32,105 bases of DNA from NCBI GenBank assembly GCA_003614675.1, contig ML002428.1, positions 1 to 32,105 on the forward strand. Direction: 5' to 3'. This DNA is from Dimargaris cristalligena (Eukaryota). The translations under genes and the position numbers were made by a program. The first letter of the stretch is position 1; every line of letters starts with the position of its first letter. This document shows positions 26,997 to 32,105 of this stretch, piece after piece. The notes under the pieces were generated by a model. It worked only from the letters and a program-made list of their open reading frames with translations. It did not search any database and was not told where the DNA came from.

Positions 26997-28471
26997 ATGT
27001 GCGATTGTGAAAAGCAATAGCCAATGCTGGGCTAATCGAGGGCTATGCAGGGTACAATAGCTGGCGGCAGTTCGGGTGGATTATAATCGGGGAACCACGT
27101 AATTGATGTGTGATGATGTTGAAAATAGTGAAGTTGCTATTAGCCAGCGTGATTGGCCAAAAATGATAATCGTCGGGCGCGTAGGACATATATTACCGAA
27201 AACGAGGAATTACGTCAGCAGAAAAAGTGAGAAAGAGAAAGAGGGAGAAAGTGTCATATACTGCGCACTCTACGATATAAATAACGAACAGCGAATAATA
27301 GCAAGTACTACGTCTATGTAAAACAGTGCCGCCTTTTTGAAGTGACGGAAGCTGGCAACGGAAACGCGGCGATTCGGCAGGCTATATCCCCCACAAGGCT
27401 CGTGAGTATAATAGGGACAGTTTAATCCAAACTAAGGCGCTACTGTATACCCGGCGGTATATGATATCAGAATAACAATCCGCTCGGATTGATGACGTAT
27501 ATCGTTGGTGTAGATATATGGAATACGGCTGGGGCTTATTGTCGGATAGCGGATCCCTAGGGAGTCAAATCGACAACCGAGTCTTCAAAAATAATTGACT
27601 ATTATAACATACGTGTTGTTTGGCCCAATAGTAAACGTAGGTAAGAGTTAGCAAGATGGCGATTATTAAACCATGCAAGAATACAAACAACATAACTGTA
27701 AGGCATCGACATTGTTTAAAGAACTATAGGCGGGAGATATAGTGCAGTTAGTATAAGCGACGCAACATGGGTGCGCGCTACTTACCGAGTCTTTGGGTAT
27801 CGGGGGTGACGGACTTCGAGCAGGGCTGACGCGCGCCAAGCCGGGCTAATTATGCAATATATAAATAGATAAACGGAAGCAGGAATGAGCGGGCTCTGGA
27901 TGCCAAGACCGGAAAAACAAGGTCGGGCGGGTTTAGTATATCACGTTGATTAATGAGGGAGTGAGTTCAAGGGAGAGTAGCTGGTGGTGGACAGGACAAG
28001 CAGTACTTAAATATAAATACAGGGAATATTTAGTGCCAGTCCTATGCCAAGGTCACATCAATAGCCTAACCACTAACCCTCATAAAAAAGGGGGAGCAAG
28101 GGAGAAGAGGGGCTATTGATTGGCGGGAATTCCCATCCTCCGGTCGTGTCCTGATGGGCACTTACGTGGAACCCCACCGTCTTCCCCGTACCATCCAGCT
28201 TCCTCTCCTCGCTGCGCCATTTACTATCATCTTGTACTTTGCTTGACTACCACAGTAGCAGTGGCAGGATACTCAGCTAGGCTCGCCCCTAGGTAAAGGA
28301 CGGAGTCCAAATGCGAATAAAATCACTTATAAAAATAATAGACGCTCCCCATTAATTAGCATTGACCGGCCCCTGTATAACTCCGAATAATCACTGCTGA
28401 GGATTGTCTATCCTAGTCCACGTGAGTGCTACAGCACGACTGCCTCTACGTGCATATTCGTTTATTTTTCC

Positions 28472-29148
28472 AACCGCCCTTTAGTCGAACCTGCCGTAGC
28501 GTAACCAGGCGCACCCAGCAACCCTCGACTGGGTGCTGACGAATCTGCAGGCATCGACACGGGTGTTAGACCAGGTGGTTCCGGAGTTCCCACTCGCTTG
28601 GGAAACCACCTGTATCAATTGTTTACTGTCCCTTCGGGGGATACTTCCTTATCGGATTTGTCGTATGGACATTGAGACGCGACTTCTTCGCATAAGTCCG
28701 CGTTATAAGTCCCGTCGGAGAAAAGAATGACCGGTGTTTCCAGGCCACCAGCGGATCCGTGGCCTTCGCCTTCGAAACACCGCCAATTTCTTCCATTTCA
28801 TTATTCTGTGGTGTTGGTCATGTTGCACAAATGCCCGCGGTCATACTCATTGCACATGGCCGTGTATAGGCCGCTTCCGCGCTAGACCTTTCTAGAACTA
28901 GCTCTTGCTTGGCAGGCTAGAAATACGAAACCAAGGCACGCCCCCTCCCTTGAGAAGTGGGTATGCTGACGAGTCTTGGCGGCCCCTCCATTAGCGGGCA
29001 ATACCTAGCCCACCGGTCTCCAGGGCGCGGGCTTACTTACCGATCAAAGTACTGTCAGCTTACTCCTTACTAACCCCGAATTGTATATGCTGGCCCGGAG
29101 CGGCATTTCGGCTAGCCATCTACATTATGTCGCCAACTCATGACCAGC
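28472..29148 (+). ncRNA. Candidate large structured non-coding RNA, family unassigned
   Basis: A dense series of stems: GCACCCAG/CTGGGTGC, CAGGTGGTT/AACCACCTG, cTTCGg tetraloop, ACGCGACTT/AAGT-C-CGCGT, CGGTGTTTC/GAAACACCG, AGGCCAC/GTGGCCT, TTTCTAG/CTAGAAA. Nested long-range pairs are also present. There is no credible ORF, and wobble pairs are G-U on the + strand. Confidence 0.55.
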
Positions 29149-31106
29149 CCTTAAAAATTAGTGGGAAATATTTTCCAGTCCCTAAACAATCATGGTCACC
29201 AATCCCTAGCAAGCTATTACTAATCCACACTCTTGCCCATGATGTACTTGCTGTTTCCTCGAGTTTTAAAAACCTTTGAATTTCTCAACCCTCCACCGCA
29301 GTAGATTTTTGACTTCGCCCCAAACACCCACAGTGTCCGCGTACATCTGGCTAATGTATGTCTAAAGGAACCACAAACCCATCGAGTTCGCCTAGTAAGG
29401 GTGAGGGGGGGGGGTCACATTATACCAATGGATGGGGTACGTAAGAGAGAAACTGGCCAATCAGTTTCACTCGGAGGGAAGCATTTTCACGGCCCAATGA
29501 TACTTAAACCATGAAAATTCCATTGAAAAATTTTAATTCTGAAATTGGCTAGACCAATGGAATAGAGTGTAGACCTATAATGTACAGCTGGCGGTTGGCT
29601 GGTAGAATGCGATACCCATTGTAGAATACAGCAATGCTATGGAAGATTGGATTATAGCCAGAATAAAGAGTAGTAATGGCTGGACAAATAATAGCAGGTT
29701 CAATCTTATCATGTAAAGTTGCAGCCGCTCGTTGAGATTCCACTAAATCGAACGCAACCCAGCTAATTAAAATCATCCAGCCTGTTGAATTATACTTACA
29801 ACACGGTCTAAATAGTACCGCGTTTAATATTGCAGGGTTATCAGTAATTTTAAAAAATGGAGATATGCACAGTGGCTGGATATATTGTTCGGAAATTGCT
29901 TGCATGTTTGTCAGAATTGAAGCCCTGCAGGTGCGAAGCATGCTTAGGACCTGCTATTTTTGATAGGCATGTGAAACTGTGCAAATAATAATTTTTTCAA
30001 TTTGATCTATATATATATATTTACTCGGTAACCTGATTAGATACCATCCCGCTAATAGAGTTGGTTTCTCAGAGTATCTGGTCACGGGGCCAAATAAAGG
30101 TGGCGAATACGCTTCATCAAAAAGAGTCCCCGCCATTTGAAGCTGATTAATGGTCCTAAAAATTACATTTATTCAATCTTACAAATAGCATAGAAAGTAA
30201 GAGTGTTATTGGGGTTTATTATGGGAGGACACCTTCAATCTCTCACCCTATAATATTATATACATTTAAATTAGTCTTGGTCGGAATTTATCGATAGGTA
30301 GCAAGGTGAAAAATATCGCTTGCATGTGATGCACATACACATGGGTATAATAATGGCCCGGGGGAATAATATTAAGCAAGAACAGCACCAAAGGGTTACT
30401 CAATAATGGAAATGACACCGTAAGACATCTTCCGCTGAGGCTGATCCACTTGTTTCACAAATTATAGGCTCTATTGAACACTATCACCCTTCCCGTGGTA
30501 ACAACAGATGCCTTGATAACCCCCGACTGCCCAAGCTTAGCTGAAACTGATTCTTTTCAGCTAGACTAGCACTGTTCTAAGGACTCATCCAGTTCCTTAC
30601 AGTATTCCCAGCAGCAACTTGGTTGGAATATCACTTGCTATTCTTTACAACATCCACAACTATAATTTTGGGATGCGTAATCTCTTTTTAATTGGCGGCT
30701 ATCCTCCCAAAAGGCCTATTGCCTTTCTTTTACACACACGCGTCTGCTTTATTTATCCCTATTTAGTTCCCAAAATATTTATTAGCTGTACTCAATCACA
30801 ATAGAGCTCGCTGTTGCTATCTGTCTACTTTCAGTTACTGTACATTCTCTTTGGGATGTCATTGCTATACTTTGCGATGATGGCATTTTATAAATACTTA
30901 CCCATTGGTAGACTTGGCAAGTTTACTCCCAAATTACGAACAATAAGGGCTGTATATGTCCATGGCTACATTTAGTCGCAATTGGACTTAGTCTGTGGTG
31001 TAAGTAGCCCAACTGTCCAAGTAATGACATGCAAATGTGTAAATTGCCTTTGGATCCATTGCTTATGATACTCACCTATGTTATAAGCCTAAATAAATTC
31101 AGCATA

Positions 31107-31653
31107 TGTCACCCGGGTTACCACTCTTAGTCTGTCAAAAGTCCCAGGGGTAGGCTTCTAATTGTAGGCAGGGCTTAGGCTTGGCCAAGCAGGCTACTAG
31201 CATTAGGGAGGGATTGGTACTAACTAATAAGGGATGGGTGCAGGCTAATGCAAGGGATGTGCAGCAGGCACACTTACTGGCTAATATGATGGGTGAGCAT
31301 ATAGAGTTTATTGAATAAACTGAGGGGGATAAGAAATAAGCTCAGGAACTGAACTGGTCCCAGAGGGGCCTGGTTATTTATATGTGGGGACCACTCATAA
31401 TAAGGGGTCCTTAAGAGCAATGGGATGACTAAAGAAGAGGTGAGGGTCAGGGCCTTAACTGGGGGGCTTGTGTCTGGAAGACTCCACTAGGAAAGGAGGA
31501 ATATTGGATCAGCTGGTGGAGTATTGTGTGAGAAGCATTGGGGCCCGGGCATAGTGGGTTATATAGCAAGGGAAGAGTAATATAGCACAATAAGGTAAAA
31601 TCAGATGGGACAACCAGTATTCCCATATTTAGGGAGGATTAGGTGGGTTGACA
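31107..31653 (-). mobile_element. LTR family 1, copy D: solo LTR (547 bp) with TSD GCATA
   Basis: TGTCA...TGACA termini; GCATA at 31102-31106 and 31654-31658. It aligns with B and C except for a divergent, shorter segment near its 5' end (~31570-31635). Confidence 0.92.
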
Positions 31654-31841
31654 GCATATAATAGCAATATTAAATGGCTAGTATTAAATTTGATAAGCCA
31701 TCAATAGTCCAGTGGGAACTCATAATATCTATTATATTTATATATATATATAAAATCAGGATTTACTATATAATCTCAATTACATAATTTTATGCTATCC
31801 ATTATTGCTCCAGACTTGTAAACATAGATCAATATACTTTA

Positions 31842-31969
31842 TGTCAGCCCTCCTAATCCTCCTTAATCCAGACACCTTAGTATCTATCCCTATTAGGCCT
31901 TATAGTACCATATTGACCTTCCCATAGTCATCCCCAGTACTATGGAATCACCCTATATCATATAGCCCT
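31842..31969 (+). mobile_element. LTR family 1, copy E: 5' fragment
   Basis: Starts TGTCAGCCCTCCTAATC and matches the first ~128 bp of copy C (AGGCCTTATAG.ACCATATT, CCCCAGTACTATGG); similarity then stops abruptly. Confidence 0.85.
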
Positions 31970-32105
31970 TGTAAAGAACTGAACTCAAATCCTTGAAAAC
32001 TGAACTTTATTTAAAAATATAGGTGATAAAAGGGAAAGGTGATGATAGAATTGCTATTCCAAGAGGTGGCAGCAAGGGGGAGTATTTATACTCAAAAGAG
32101 GAAGC

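Noticed and set aside
28505-28980. Hammerhead ribozyme (CTGACGA twice, GAAAC three times)
   Set aside because: Core elements are not in a type I, II or III order: no NUH precedes the stem 5' of CUGACGA, and the GAAAC-closed stems contain no CUGANGA.
28848-29047. U1 snRNA (CATTGCAC at 28848; ACTTACC-GATCA at 29035)
   Set aside because: The motifs are in the wrong order and spacing, and there is no AUACUUACCUG 5' end.
30107-30136. MAGTLFDE resembling the RPB8 N-terminus
   Set aside because: Similarity ends after about 7 residues and no continuing exon is visible.

Overview
Eukaryotic, intron-containing DNA. It is almost certainly fungal and probably from an early-diverging lineage (inference from gene content; the species cannot be read from the sequence). 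There are four CpG-rich protein genes: a 3-exon mitochondrial leucyl-tRNA synthetase (4967-8381, +), a giant single-ORF LMBR1/LIMR-like membrane protein of about 2687 aa (12243-20306, -), a 4-exon RBBP4/MSI1/Hat2-type WD40 histone chaperone (21455-23498, +) and a 2-exon ATP-type diacylglycerol kinase-like gene (24795-26996, -). Between them lie almost CpG-free blocks with five copies of one ~550-585 bp solo-LTR family. Three copies have perfect 5-bp TSDs, and one carries a nested 351-bp LTR of a second family with a 4-bp TSD. The most striking unexplained signal is a ~680-nt, CpG-rich stretch with no credible ORF at 28472-29148. It is densely packed with hairpins and nested long-range helices whose G-U pairs and cUUCGg loop point to the + strand. 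I call it a candidate large structured non-coding RNA that I cannot assign to a known family. All alignments, counts and folds were done by eye.
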